Assembly (NCBI GenBank): GCA_038143065.1
Contig: JAYQLI010000035.1
Location: 384,001-448,000, forward strand
DNA: 64,000 nucleotides
Direction: 5' to 3'
Source: Rhodospirillales bacterium
Lineage (GTDB): Bacteria; Pseudomonadota; Alphaproteobacteria; Bin95
Shown: piece after piece, positions 10,551 through 21,333 of the stretch
Layout: every line of letters begins with the position of its first letter
Numbering within the stretch: position 1 is the stretch's first letter
The notes under the pieces: generated by a model
Seen by the model: only the letters and a program-made list of their open reading frames with translations
Told to the model about the DNA's origin: nothing
Databases searched by the model: none
Program-made: the position numbers and the translations under genes

Positions 10551-11491
10551 AGTCACGAATGGACTGGGATAAACTTCGCGTCTTCCATGCGGTTGCCGAT
10601 GCTGGAAGTTTTACCCATGCCGGTGATACTCTTTCACTATCCCAATCAGCAGTTAGTCGTCAGGTACATGCTCTAGAGGAAAGCTTGGGAGTGATGCTTT
10701 TCCACAGGCATGCAAGAGGCCTCATATTAACCGAGCAAGGTGAGCTCTTGTATCGAAGCGTGCACGATGTTTTTCATCAGCTTGCAATGACGGAGGCGGT
10801 CCTTACTGACTCCAAAGATCGACCTGAAGGTCCTCTTCGCATAACCACAACCGTTGCATTTGGTTCAACCTGGCTTACCCGCGTAATCAAACGTTTCATT
10901 GATGATTATCCAGGCATTGAAGTCAGCTTAATCCTTGCCGACACAGATTTAGATATCACTATGCGTGAGGCTGATTGTGCGATTAGGTTTGCTATGCCGA
11001 CCAGGGCAGACCTTATTCAGAGACATTTACGAACGGTTAGATCTAGGCTCTATGCGTCTCCGGATTATCTTAGGGTTCATGGAATGCCGAGATCTTTGGA
11101 GGACTTAGATGGTCATTTGATAGTGTTTGGCGATGACGGTCCTGTTCCAACACCTTCAATAAACTGGCCCTTGGGGCTTCAGGTTAATGACCACGGTTTG
11201 AAGCCGGTGCTGAAAGTTAACAACATCTACGGAATATACCGTGCGGTTGTTTCTGGTTTAGGAATTGCACCTTTACCGAGTTACATGGCCCGCCTCAGCC
11301 CAGAACTTGTTCACGTTTTGCCTGATTTAGTTGGCCCAGAAATCGATATGTATTTTGTGTATCCAGAGGAATTGCGAGACTCTATGCGTATATCAATGTT
11401 TCGAGATTTCTTAATTCGAAGCTTGAACGAAGCGTGGGCAGCGCCGCCTCTTAGAGAAAAGGCACAAGGTAGTGTAGCGGCAAAAAAATAG
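10547..11491 (+). CDS. LysR-family regulator, LsrB/VtlR type
   Basis: MDWDKLRVFHAVADAGSFTHAG..L.LSQSAVSRQV; 4-nt overlap with trxB, the same arrangement as rhizobial trxB-lsrB/vtlR. Confidence 0.9.
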   Translation: MKSRMDWDKLRVFHAVADAGSFTHAGDTLSLSQSAVSRQVHALEESLGVMLFHRHARGLILTEQGELLYRSVHDVFHQLAMTEAVLTDSKDRPEGPLRITTTVAFGSTWLTRVIKRFIDDYPGIEVSLILADTDLDITMREADCAIRFAMPTRADLIQRHLRTVRSRLYASPDYLRVHGMPRSLEDLDGHLIVFGDDGPVPTPSINWPLGLQVNDHGLKPVLKVNNIYGIYRAVVSGLGIAPLPSYMARLSPELVHVLPDLVGPEIDMYFVYPEELRDSMRISMFRDFLIRSLNEAWAAPPLREKAQGSVAAKK

Positions 11492-11542
11492 GTCGTTATT
11501 TTAGTTTCTGTCTGGTATGGGTGATCTAAAGACTTTTGAGTT

Positions 11543-11557
11543 ATGCGTTATGCGCAT
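11543..11557. promoter_or_regulatory. Putative LysR recognition site (T-N11-A dyad)
   Basis: ATGCG-N5-CGCAT, about 60 bp upstream of the inferred sRNA start. Confidence 0.5.
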
Positions 11558-11609
11558 GCCTCATTCCCTTCACCGCTCTACCTCGAGCTGAATAAGATAT
11601 ATATACAAG

Positions 11610-11732
11610 ATATAGATCGTTAATGAGCGATTACGGAAGATATATGCTTTGTTCTGCATAATTTGTCCGGGCGTCTTATGACGTTAGCCTCCCTGTTCTA
11701 TTGACGCCGGGCCTTCGGGTCCGGCTTTTTTT
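11610..11732 (+). ncRNA. Candidate AbcR-like small regulatory RNA (5' end approximate)
   Basis: No ORF; TATATA -10-like run near 11598; anti-Shine-Dalgarno-like CCTCCCT at 11688-11694; strong terminator; position next to an lsrB/vtlR-type gene. Confidence 0.5.
11706..11732 (+). terminator. Rho-independent terminator
   Basis: GCCGGGCC-TTCG-GGTCCGGC followed by T7. Confidence 0.9.
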
Positions 11733-11998
11733 ATGTGTTTTTCAAGAAATACTGTGTGGGTCTTACATCGCCTTCTGCCCTAAGTGCGATATCAGGTCAG
11801 TAAAGACTAACACCAGACTATTTTAAAAGTTTGTTTGGGACATTTTTAACAAGAAGAAAATTTTTAAGTCCAGATAAAGTGCGTTTTAAGTGCAAAACTC
11901 TCTTGGCACTTTGAGCTTATACACTCCATAATAGCAGTCAATTAAATAGAAATTCGCTTCGACAAGCGCATCAAAGGGTTTCATGGGGGGACAGTTCA

Positions 11999-14008
11999 AT
12001 GAATGCTGAAAGCACGACTGCTGAAGTAAGTTCAGATGAAACGCCAGTAGGACGTATTTCTGGGCTAGTTCGCCTCCTCCTAATTACATTCATATTGGTT
12101 GCCCTGGTTTTAAATATGAACAAGGTAGGGTTAATTAACTATGTAATAGACCTTGTTTTTCCCGTATCTGTCTATAATTGGTGGATTGCAAATATATTTG
12201 AGCCCACCTTAATCATAGATACTTCTTATTATTATTTAATTATTGGACTTATTTTATCTTTAGTTTTTTTGATTTATCCACTGAGTCCAAAATATCAAAA
12301 TAAGGTGCCATTATACGATTGGGCTTTGTTTCTGATTACAATTTTAAGTGCTTTTTATTTAGCGTATAATGGTGAACGTATCATTCAAGAGGGGTGGGAT
12401 ATAATAGCCCCTCTGGAAGCAACAATTATAGCTGCTGTTATTTGTGCACTTTGCTTGGAGGGTGTAAGGCGTGCTGGCGGGTTAATTTTATTCTCGGTGT
12501 GTATCTTTTTCTTTGTTTATCCAATGTTTGCTGAATACATGCCAGGTTTTCTTTGGGGGCCACCGTCTGAAATTTCTGAATTTGTGCGCACCCATGCCTT
12601 AGGAACTGAGAGTATTATCGGTGTTCCAATGCGTGCGGTGACCAATCTTTTGATTGGGTTTTTAGTGTTTGGTTCTGCTCTAGTTGTTACTGGTGGAGGA
12701 GATTTTTTCCTTGCCTTTGCAACGGCTCTTTTGGGAAAGAGCCGCGGAGGACCAGCTAAGGTGGCTATCATTTCATCTGGCTTCTTCGGATCACTCTCAG
12801 GTTCAGTCATTTCAAACGTAGTAACGACGGGTAAAATTACGATCCCGACAATGAAGAGAGCAGGGTATCCGCCTGCTTACGCCGGAGCGGTCGAGGCTTG
12901 TGCGTCTACCGGAGGAGCTTTGATGCCGCCTGTGATGGGCGCCGTTGCCTTCTTAATGGCAGAAAACCTTAATATGCCTTACGCTGATATCATCATTGCA
13001 GCGGCTGTTCCTGCATTCTTATTTTATCTGGCCCTCTTGCTACAGGTAGATAATTATGCGGCCAAAGTAGGACTTAAAGGACAGCCTGCTGAAGAAATAC
13101 CTAATCTTTGGAAGACATTCATCTCAGGCTGGCATTATCTGTTCAGTCTTGCCGCTCTGATTTACATGCTGCTAGTACTTAGAATTGAAGTGTTTGCTCC
13201 GTATTTCGCAACGCTTATTCTTATTTCCACCAGTGTAATCACCAGTTTGGTTCGAGGTGAAAAGCCTTTTGGATTTTCCGGGTTCATTGAACTTCTAATC
13301 GATGCTGGCAAGACAATTGTGAATATTGTCGGAATTTTGGTTGGCATCGGAATGATTATTGGAGCGCTATCAATTACAGGTGTTGGACCTGCTTTTTCTA
13401 GTGAGCTGCTCCGCTTCGCAGAAGGTAGTGTATTCTTATTACTTGGTCTCGGAGCGATCACTAGCTTCGTACTCGGAATGGGAATGACCGTCTCTGCTTG
13501 CTATATCTTCCTAGCAGTTGTTATGGGTGGAGCAATGGTAGATAGCGGGCTGCATCCAGTCGCGGGTCATCTTTTCATTCTTTATTGGGGGATGATGAGC
13601 TATATCACTCCACCTGTTGCTGTTGCTGCTGTTGCTGCGTCCACGATTGCACAATCTCCAGCAATGGAAACCGGGTTCAGGGCAATGAGGCTTGGTGGTA
13701 TTTTGTTTGTCTTACCATTCCTCTTTGCAATCAATCCGACCCTAATCTTAGAGGGTGAGTTGATAGATATTGTGCACGACGTGTTCACGGCCATCGTTGC
13801 AGTATGGATGTTAGCCTCAGCCTTCGAAGGATGGTTGTATGGCGCTGGGCGCTTGATATTGCCCTTGCGCGTGGTTTTAGGACTGGCTGCTCTCGGAACG
13901 TTAGCGCCTGGAACATTAACCGACCTTATTGGTCTAGGTGTTTTGATTGGGGTCTATGCATTCACGAAATTTACAAAGGCTTCATCACCAACTCCCACGC
14001 CTTCATAA
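11999..14008 (+). CDS. TRAP transporter fused permease (4TM/12TM, TAXI type)
   Basis: SRGGPAKVA, GSVISNVVTTG..TIP.MK..GY, EACASTGG.LMPPVMGA, ITPPVA. Confidence 0.93.
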   Translation: MNAESTTAEVSSDETPVGRISGLVRLLLITFILVALVLNMNKVGLINYVIDLVFPVSVYNWWIANIFEPTLIIDTSYYYLIIGLILSLVFLIYPLSPKYQNKVPLYDWALFLITILSAFYLAYNGERIIQEGWDIIAPLEATIIAAVICALCLEGVRRAGGLILFSVCIFFFVYPMFAEYMPGFLWGPPSEISEFVRTHALGTESIIGVPMRAVTNLLIGFLVFGSALVVTGGGDFFLAFATALLGKSRGGPAKVAIISSGFFGSLSGSVISNVVTTGKITIPTMKRAGYPPAYAGAVEACASTGGALMPPVMGAVAFLMAENLNMPYADIIIAAAVPAFLFYLALLLQVDNYAAKVGLKGQPAEEIPNLWKTFISGWHYLFSLAALIYMLLVLRIEVFAPYFATLILISTSVITSLVRGEKPFGFSGFIELLIDAGKTIVNIVGILVGIGMIIGALSITGVGPAFSSELLRFAEGSVFLLLGLGAITSFVLGMGMTVSACYIFLAVVMGGAMVDSGLHPVAGHLFILYWGMMSYITPPVAVAAVAASTIAQSPAMETGFRAMRLGGILFVLPFLFAINPTLILEGELIDIVHDVFTAIVAVWMLASAFEGWLYGAGRLILPLRVVLGLAALGTLAPGTLTDLIGLGVLIGVYAFTKFTKASSPTPTPS

Positions 14009-14011
14009 GCT

Positions 14012-14804
14012 TTAAAAACTTCGTGGACGTAAACGGTATGGTGTCTGGTCTTGATAATGTGGCCAGTCGAAAGGTATGGCTGAGGTGCGAAGCGCCTCAG
14101 TCCTTAAAGTTCGTTTATCTGTATTATTGACATTTTCGGCAATGAATCCGTCGATTGTTTGGTGTGGTGCAAAGCGATCTCTAAGTAAGGATTGCATTTG
14201 AGGCTGCCGCAGTGACGGGTATTTTCTACCTCTTGCGGAGATCTCACCGATAGCTACCGGTGTATTAGAGATGTTTAAGGAGCCCGCGCTCTGTACGTAT
14301 GCGCGAACTGAGGTCCATTTGGGACCACAATCAAACTTGAGATCAATCTGTTGCAATTCTAAGCTTATAAACTCCCGAAGACAAGCCTTCGGTTTCGTGC
14401 ATCCTCTCCAGCTGTTTATCATCAAGCCATGTTACCCAGGCTTCTACCTCAGTGCCTAGTGAATGGGTTAGTGTTGCGCCCCCAATTGCGCCGTAGCTGC
14501 TGATCCCGGCTCCATACACGATATCAAAATCTTTTAGGGTTGCCTTAGCTATCAAAACTGCACATGGAGGATCAAAATCAGAAAATTTTCTTCTTAATTG
14601 TACCGGCGCACGATTTGAGCCAATTGCTAAGACTGGTGTTCGTTTCGCCCTTGGATCGGCTCCAGCATTTGAGATGGCATTTGCTATCTGATTTATCCCT
14701 ACTCCTTCCAGGGGGAAAACACTTCCAGCTGCCCAGACACAATCAAACGGAGGTGCGCGGTAGGGATAATCCAGGGCTCGTGCGCGTGCTACCAAATCCA
14801 GCAA
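14012..14804 (-). CDS. Hypothetical protein, possible gamma-glutamylcyclotransferase-like fold (frameshift near 14360)
   Basis: ORFs 14343..14804 and 14012..14425 join; VLAIGSN and MHETEG...Y resemble the GGCT YGS/N and LD..EG motifs. Confidence 0.5.
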
Positions 14805-15108
14805 GTAGCTAACTCCTATTAAGATATGAAATGGTGGACTAACAGGTCAGACTAACTTCAATAACCTGTCACACAATTGTTTGGCTCAAAAGAGGCATTT
14901 ATTAACAGCTTTCCAAGCAAAAAAGCCCTGAAAACAGGAGTAGCTAGAGAATGTTTAGAGATTAAGATCATGATCTTACACGTGTGTTCCTAACAGAGTG
15001 GGAGTTAAAGGTCTTATTTTTAAGGAGTAAGACTAAAACGTCTCACCTCGCTTTTCTTCATAGTATGGTATGACCATGTCAGCGTGACAAAGAATTGCAG
15101 GGTTTGCC

Positions 15109-16632
15109 ATGTCTAATGCTTACAAGTCCCTTCGAGATTTTATGAAGTTGCTTGAAGGACGTGATCTGTTGCGGCGGGTTAAAACGCCGGTCAGTCCAAT
15201 ATTAGAAATGACAGAAATTCAGACTCGATTACTTGCAAGTAATGGACCGGCGGTTCTTTTTGAGAATGGTTCTAAGGTCGACGGACAGCATTATGACTTT
15301 CCGGCTCTTGTAAATCTATTTGGCACAGTAGAGCGTGTAGCCCTCGGGATGGGGAGAAAGCCAGAAGAGTTACGGCAGGTCGGCGAGACCTTGGCATTTC
15401 TGCGCCAGCCAGAGCCACCTGGTGGGTGGAAGGAAGCGCTGAACATGCTACCTCTAGCCCGGCAGGTTTTCTCAATGAAGCCAAAAACGGTGTCCAGAGC
15501 TCCAGCTCAGGAGATTGTTTTGAAAGGCGATGAAATTGATCTTTCAATGCTGCCAATCCAAACCTGCTGGCCTGGAGAGCCGGCTCCGCTAATTACCTGG
15601 CCATTAGTTGTCACAAAAGGGCCAACCGGTGCACGAGAGGATAACTTTAATCTCGGCATCTACCGTATGCAGGTTTTAGAAAAGAACAAAACCGTAATGC
15701 GCTGGTTAAAGCATCGGGGAGGTGCTCAGCATCACGCTCGTTGGTCAAAAAGAAAAAGTGAGCCATTGCCTGCTGCTGCAGTTATTGGTGCTGATCCTGG
15801 TGTAATATTGGCGGCGGTCACACCTGTACCCGATACTCTCTCAGAATATCAGTTTGCTGGTTTGTTACGGGGCGAAAAAACGGAATTAGTTGATTGCAAA
15901 ACGGTTCCATTAAAAGTTCCAGCTGAAGCTGAAATTGTTCTGGAGGGGTATGTAAGTCTCGATGAGTATGCCCCTGAAGGACCGTACGGAGATCATACTG
16001 GTTATTATAACGCAGTAGAAGAATTTCCTGTATTCACGGTAACCGCTGTTACGATGAGACAAAAACCGATTTATTTAACGACATTTACGGGACGTCCCCC
16101 GGACGAGCCAAGTGTATTGGGGGAGGCGTTGAATGAGGTGTTCATACCACTTCTTCAACAACAGTTTCCTGAGATCACTGACTTCTGGCTTCCACCTGAG
16201 GGCTGTTCTTACAGAATTGCCGTCATCTCAATGAAAAAAGCTTATCCAGGTCATGCCAAGCGGGTAATGCTTGGTGCGTGGTCATATTTGCGGCAGTTTA
16301 TGTACACAAAATGGGTTATTGTCGTTGATGATGATATAAATGCTCGTGATTGGAAGGATGTAATGTGGGCTGTTTCAACTCGAATGGATCCAGCCAGGGA
16401 CATCACAGTGATCGAAAATACGCCTATTGATTATCTTGATTTCGCCAGCCCTGACAGCGGACTAGGATCGAAGATCGGATTAGATGCTACAAATAAGTTA
16501 CATCCCGAAACTAAGAGAGAATGGGGAGAAAAGCTTTCCATGAGTGGGGATGTTATAGAAAAAGTTACAAACATGTGGCCAGAGTTAGGCTTGCCTGGTG
16601 ATGGTAAGCCCATCTGGCCTCAAAATAGATAA
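15109..16632 (+). CDS. ubiD: UbiD-family decarboxylase (3-polyprenyl-4-hydroxybenzoate decarboxylase)
   Basis: [44 protein letters not shown]. Confidence 0.95.
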   Translation: MSNAYKSLRDFMKLLEGRDLLRRVKTPVSPILEMTEIQTRLLASNGPAVLFENGSKVDGQHYDFPALVNLFGTVERVALGMGRKPEELRQVGETLAFLRQPEPPGGWKEALNMLPLARQVFSMKPKTVSRAPAQEIVLKGDEIDLSMLPIQTCWPGEPAPLITWPLVVTKGPTGAREDNFNLGIYRMQVLEKNKTVMRWLKHRGGAQHHARWSKRKSEPLPAAAVIGADPGVILAAVTPVPDTLSEYQFAGLLRGEKTELVDCKTVPLKVPAEAEIVLEGYVSLDEYAPEGPYGDHTGYYNAVEEFPVFTVTAVTMRQKPIYLTTFTGRPPDEPSVLGEALNEVFIPLLQQQFPEITDFWLPPEGCSYRIAVISMKKAYPGHAKRVMLGAWSYLRQFMYTKWVIVVDDDINARDWKDVMWAVSTRMDPARDITVIENTPIDYLDFASPDSGLGSKIGLDATNKLHPETKREWGEKLSMSGDVIEKVTNMWPELGLPGDGKPIWPQNR

Positions 16633-16765
16633 TTTGCCTTTGATAGAAATGCGCATTTGAAAAATTACAAAATTTTACCCTAGCTCGAATTATTACTGCA
16701 GCTTAAATATGGATTTTAAAAATTTAGTGCTGTTCTGTGTCGTTAGATGATTCGTTGGGCAGGAT

Positions 16766-17674
16766 CTAATTGTAATCAAACGTTTTTGCGAAAGTATTGG
16801 CAATTTGATCTGCAAATCGCGCTGCTGCAACGGGTAAAGTCCGATCGCGTAATTGCCCAAGATAAAGTAACCCTGGCCGTGCATCTCTTGGGTCTAAGTG
16901 AACTATTTTACGTTTGATTAGATCGCCCCCCATTGGTAAGCCAATTGGAATTTGAAAGGTTATTATATCTTTGCTCTGAGAAAAGGCAATTAGAAACTCG
17001 AAGCTGTCTGACTGGATCAATGGCTCCAGGTCAATGCCCAATCGCGCAGCACCAGCATCTAAGAGAGAGCGCACCCCAAAAGGTGCCATTGGCAATGCTA
17101 ACGGATATTGCTGACATTCTCGAAGTCGAACACTGTCTTGCTTCGCCAAAGGATGGTTGGCGTTCATCACTGCACATACGGGTTGTCTTACAGTCATAAT
17201 CGTTTGAAAGTGAGAAAAATGAATTGGCTCGAAGACTAGAGCGATATCGGTTTCATATTCTATTAGAGAGTGTTCAGCGGCATCTCGATCACGCAAGTGC
17301 ACCCCAAAGCTAACTGAAGGATGTTCAGAATTATATCGTTCAATCTGCGTTGGTAAAAAATAGGGAAGTAACGCCTGGCTGCAGCCGATCGAAACATGGC
17401 CGCGGCGCATACCAGAGAGATCTGCAATATGCGATCTCAAGCGATCAATATCTGAGTTCTGACGGCGGACGTGATCAATTAATAGCTCGCCGGCTGTATT
17501 TAAGCGAACTCCCCGCGGTAAACGCTCAAATATTGGTGCCCCTAGCTCATACTCAAGTGCCAGTATCCGTCGGTTAAGCGCAGAAGGTGTAATAGCCAGC
17601 TCTTCTGCGGCTTTCCGAATTGAACCCATCTTGGCGACATCTATGAGATAGCTCAGCGACTTAAGTGTCGGCAT
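16766..17674 (-). CDS. LysR-family regulator divergent from the ABC-AtzF operon
   Basis: GSIRKAAEEL..TPSALNRRI..LE.ELG..IFER.PRGV.L; ATG 17674. Confidence 0.92.
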   Translation of the reverse strand: MPTLKSLSYLIDVAKMGSIRKAAEELAITPSALNRRILALEYELGAPIFERLPRGVRLNTAGELLIDHVRRQNSDIDRLRSHIADLSGMRRGHVSIGCSQALLPYFLPTQIERYNSEHPSVSFGVHLRDRDAAEHSLIEYETDIALVFEPIHFSHFQTIMTVRQPVCAVMNANHPLAKQDSVRLRECQQYPLALPMAPFGVRSLLDAGAARLGIDLEPLIQSDSFEFLIAFSQSKDIITFQIPIGLPMGGDLIKRKIVHLDPRDARPGLLYLGQLRDRTLPVAAARFADQIANTFAKTFDYN

Positions 17675-17810
17675 TATAAAGCCTTTTTTAATGATGAAAA
17701 AAATGCACCGCTCTGGTGATTTAATAGCAGAAGACTGCACGCATAACAGTACCTATTTATAAATAGGTTTCAACAAAGCAGTGATCTTTTGCTGTAAAGG
17801 GGTTTGGAAT

Positions 17811-19426
17811 ATGGATCGTCGTAATTTCCTAAAAGGCGCAGGTGTGGCCGGTGTATCAGCTGCGATGTTGCCTTATCTAAAAGTCTTGCCAGCATCGGCA
17901 GCACCGAATGGGGTGGCGGTAGTTGCCATTAGCCAAACTATCAATTCTCTGGATATTCATCGGTCTGGGACAAACAGGCCCAGCTATCAGATTGCTGTGA
18001 ATTGTTATGATCGTCTTGTTTCTTTCGGAACAAAAACAATGGCGGACGGCTCTCTCTCTTACGATTATAGCACAATCAAACCTGATCTTGCAGAGAGTTG
18101 GAAATTTGCACCTGATGGAATGTCTGTGACGTTCAAAATACGCCAAAATGCAGTCTTTTCTGACGGTTCCCCTGTTACTGCCTCTGACGTGAAGTGGTCC
18201 CTTGATAGGGCAGTTTCCCTTGGCGGTTTTCCTGCAGTTCAAATGAAGGCTGGTTCACTTGAAAAACCGGAGCAATTTGTAGTTGTCGACGACAAAACAT
18301 TTCGCATCGATTTCATCCGCAAATCAAAGTTAACCATTCCCGACTTGGCCGTGCCGGTGCCGATGATCATTAATTCAAAGGCTGCAAGGGCTAAAGCGAC
18401 ACCTGAAGACCCTTGGGCAACAGAATACTTGCACCGTAACACAGCGGGCAGTGGTGCCTACACGATTGCGCGCTGGGATCCCGGTCAGCAAATTGTCTAC
18501 GAGCGAAACGATAAATGGACAGGTGGCGAGTTGCCAGGCGTAAAGAGGGTCGTAGTCCGTGAAGTGCCATCGCAAGCTACTAGCCGTGCTTTAGTTGAGC
18601 GTGGTGACGTTCAATTGGCATTTGGTATACCAGACAAAGATGCGAAGGAGTTATCCGCTCAGGGTAAGGTGGATGTGGTGGGCACGCCGATAGAAAACTG
18701 TATTTATTGCTTATGCCCAAACCTTTCTTTCGAGCCTTTTAAAGATAAAAAAGTGCGGCAGGCTATTGCCTACGCAGTTCCCTATGAAGAAATTTTTAGA
18801 ACTGCAGCGTATGGGCAGGGGTGCCAATGTGGGGTGCGAGCTCTTCTCAGGTCTCTGACATTTCTTGGCCACAACCTTCTCCTTATTCCACCAATTTAGA
18901 TCGGGCCAAGTCTTTAATGGAGCAGAGTGCTTTCAAGGGTGGCATAAAGACATCTCTGTCTATCAATTTATCACTTGCTAGTTGGATGGAACCAACTGCC
19001 CTGTTGGTGCAGGAAAGCTTGGCAAAGATTGGTATTGAGACGACGATCGAGAAAATCCCAGGAGCTAACTGGCGGACTGCAGCCCTTGTTGAAAAGCGAC
19101 TCCCTCTCCACCTCGAAAACTTTGGGGGCTGGCTGAATTACCCAGACTATTATTTCTTCTGGGCGTATATAAAAGGACACCTCTTCAATTCCTCGAACTA
19201 CGATAATCCCGAGGTTGCAACGTTGGTTGACCAAACACTGCATATGAGTATCGATGATCCAGCTTACGCACCCAAGGTTACGAGGTTAATTAGTATTGCT
19301 TTTGATGATGTGCCACGTATTCCATTATGGCAGCCAAACTTGAACTCGGCCATGTCAAAAAGCCTTGGGGGCTATGAGTTCTGGTTTCATCGTCAGCTAG
19401 ATGCGCGTAAATTCTCTGTATCCTGA
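17811..19426 (+). CDS. ABC peptide/nickel-family substrate-binding protein with Tat signal (frameshift near 18820)
   Basis: MDRRNFLK twin-Arg signal; PDLAESW, FSDGSPVTASDVKWS, VRQAIAYA. Confidence 0.92.
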
Positions 19427-19452
19427 TACATTCGGTAAAGGGATAACCCTTT

Positions 19453-20462
19453 ATGTCAAACCGGTTGCGCATGGCGCTGGTCCGGGCAGGGCAGGCATTG
19501 CCTGCTTTGCTTGGGGTCGTGGTAGTAAGCTTTATTCTGACACGAGCCTTGCCGGGTGATCCAGCTGTTTATTTTGCTGGTCCCGCGGCTGACGCGAATT
19601 CTATACAGCAAGTCAGAGAGTCCCTTGGACTTGATCGTCCTTTAATGGAGCAATTTTTCATTTATCTCGGAGACCTTCTTGTTGGGGATCTTGGGGTTTC
19701 AATATCTACAGGGCAGCCTGTGTTGGATGAATTGTCACGCCGACTTCCAGCCTCTCTTGAATTAACTTTAGGGGCATTGTTGTTATCGCTTACTGTCGCT
19801 GTCCCAATGGGCATTCTGGCTGCAGTGCGTCCCGGGTCGATTTTTGACCATGGTTGCCGGGTGTTTGCTACGGCAGGAGTATCGTTGCCCACCTTCTTTA
19901 CTGGTATCGTATTAGTTTTTGTTTTTTATTATCTTTTAGGATGGGCTCCTGCTCCTGTTGGGCGGCTAGACTTTGCTTTTTGTCCCCTCCAACTATCACC
20001 GGATTTTACACTATAGATGCGGTATTAGACGGTGACGCTGACACCGCAATAGCGGCGCTGGGTCAATTGCTTTTGCCGGTAATCACTTTAGCTCTTTTCA
20101 CCTTAGCTCCAATCACTCGTATGACCAGGGGTGCAATGTTACAGGCGCTAGGTAGTGATTTTATTCGGACTGCTCGAGCTGCAGGTTTGCCTTCCAAAAC
20201 CGTGATAAATCGGTATGCGTTTCGTAATGCCATGCTCCCAGTGCTGACAACTCTGGGCATGGTATTTTCCTTTACCCTCGGCGCAAATGTTTTGGTGGAA
20301 AAGGTGTTTGCCTGGCCAGGAATTGGCTCGTTTGCAGTGGATGCTTTGGTTGTTTCCGACTATGCGGCCGTTCAAGGTTTCGTTTTGTCAATGGCGATTT
20401 TGTTTGTTTTATTAAATTTGCTGATAGACATTGCGTACACCCTCATCGACCCAAGGATTTAG
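19453..20462 (+). CDS. ABC permease, DppB/OppB type (frameshift near 19980)
   Basis: LPGDPA, LGLDRPL, RLPASLEL, DFIRTARAAGL, EKVFAWPGIG, IDPRI. Confidence 0.92.
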
Positions 20463-20466
20463 GTCG

Positions 20467-21333
20467 ATGGCTAGTACAGATCTCGAAATCAAGCGTTCAC
20501 ACAGTCACTTGGTTTATGTTCTGTGCCAAAACCCAGTTAGCTTAGTCGCAATATTTGGATTTGGATTAATAATATTTGCCGCTTTGTTTGGTCCTGTTGT
20601 TGCACCCTATGATCCGCTGGCTACAAATGCAGCAGAGGCGTTGCAAGCGCCTTCTTTGGACCATTGGTTTGGCACAGATCAGCTTGGGCGTGATGTGTTA
20701 AGTAGGGTGCTAACGGCTGCTCGCCTAGATTTAATGATATCCTTTGCAGCAGTAACACTTTCGTTTTTCATTGGTGCCGCCATGGGTAGTTGTGCCGGAT
20801 ATTTTGGTGGGTGGTTTGATGCCATAAGCGGAAGAATAGTTGATACAATAATGGCTTTTCCTCTGTTTGTACTTGCCATGGGAATAGTAGCTGCTCTTGG
20901 CAACACTGTAGAAAATATTATCTATGCCACCGCCATAATAAATGTACCGTTTTACGCGCGGGTTGCTAGAGCTGAAGCAGCAATAAGGAGAAATTCTGGA
21001 TTTGTGCAAGCGGCTAAGGTTGCTGGAAATAGTGACTTTCGCACCCTAGCTATACATGTATTTCCTAATTCTCTGCCTCCAATGGCTGTGCAGGCCTCTC
21101 TTAACATGGGTTGGGCAATTCTGAACGCGGCAGGTCTATCGTTTATTGGCCTCGGTGTACGTCCCCCAACTCCCGAATGGGGGATCATGGTGGCAGAGGG
21201 AGCAAATTTTATCATCTCTGGTGAATGGTGGCTTGCAATTTTTCCTGGTGTGGCTCTAATGCTAACCGTGTTTACCTTCAATCTCCTTGGGGATGCGTTG
21301 CGTGATATAATCGATCCAAGGCAACGCACATGA
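20467..21333 (+). CDS. ABC permease, DppC/OppC type
   Basis: HWFGTDQLGRD, LSFIGLGVRPPTPEWG, FNLLGDALRD. Confidence 0.94.
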   Translation: MASTDLEIKRSHSHLVYVLCQNPVSLVAIFGFGLIIFAALFGPVVAPYDPLATNAAEALQAPSLDHWFGTDQLGRDVLSRVLTAARLDLMISFAAVTLSFFIGAAMGSCAGYFGGWFDAISGRIVDTIMAFPLFVLAMGIVAALGNTVENIIYATAIINVPFYARVARAEAAIRRNSGFVQAAKVAGNSDFRTLAIHVFPNSLPPMAVQASLNMGWAILNAAGLSFIGLGVRPPTPEWGIMVAEGANFIISGEWWLAIFPGVALMLTVFTFNLLGDALRDIIDPRQRT

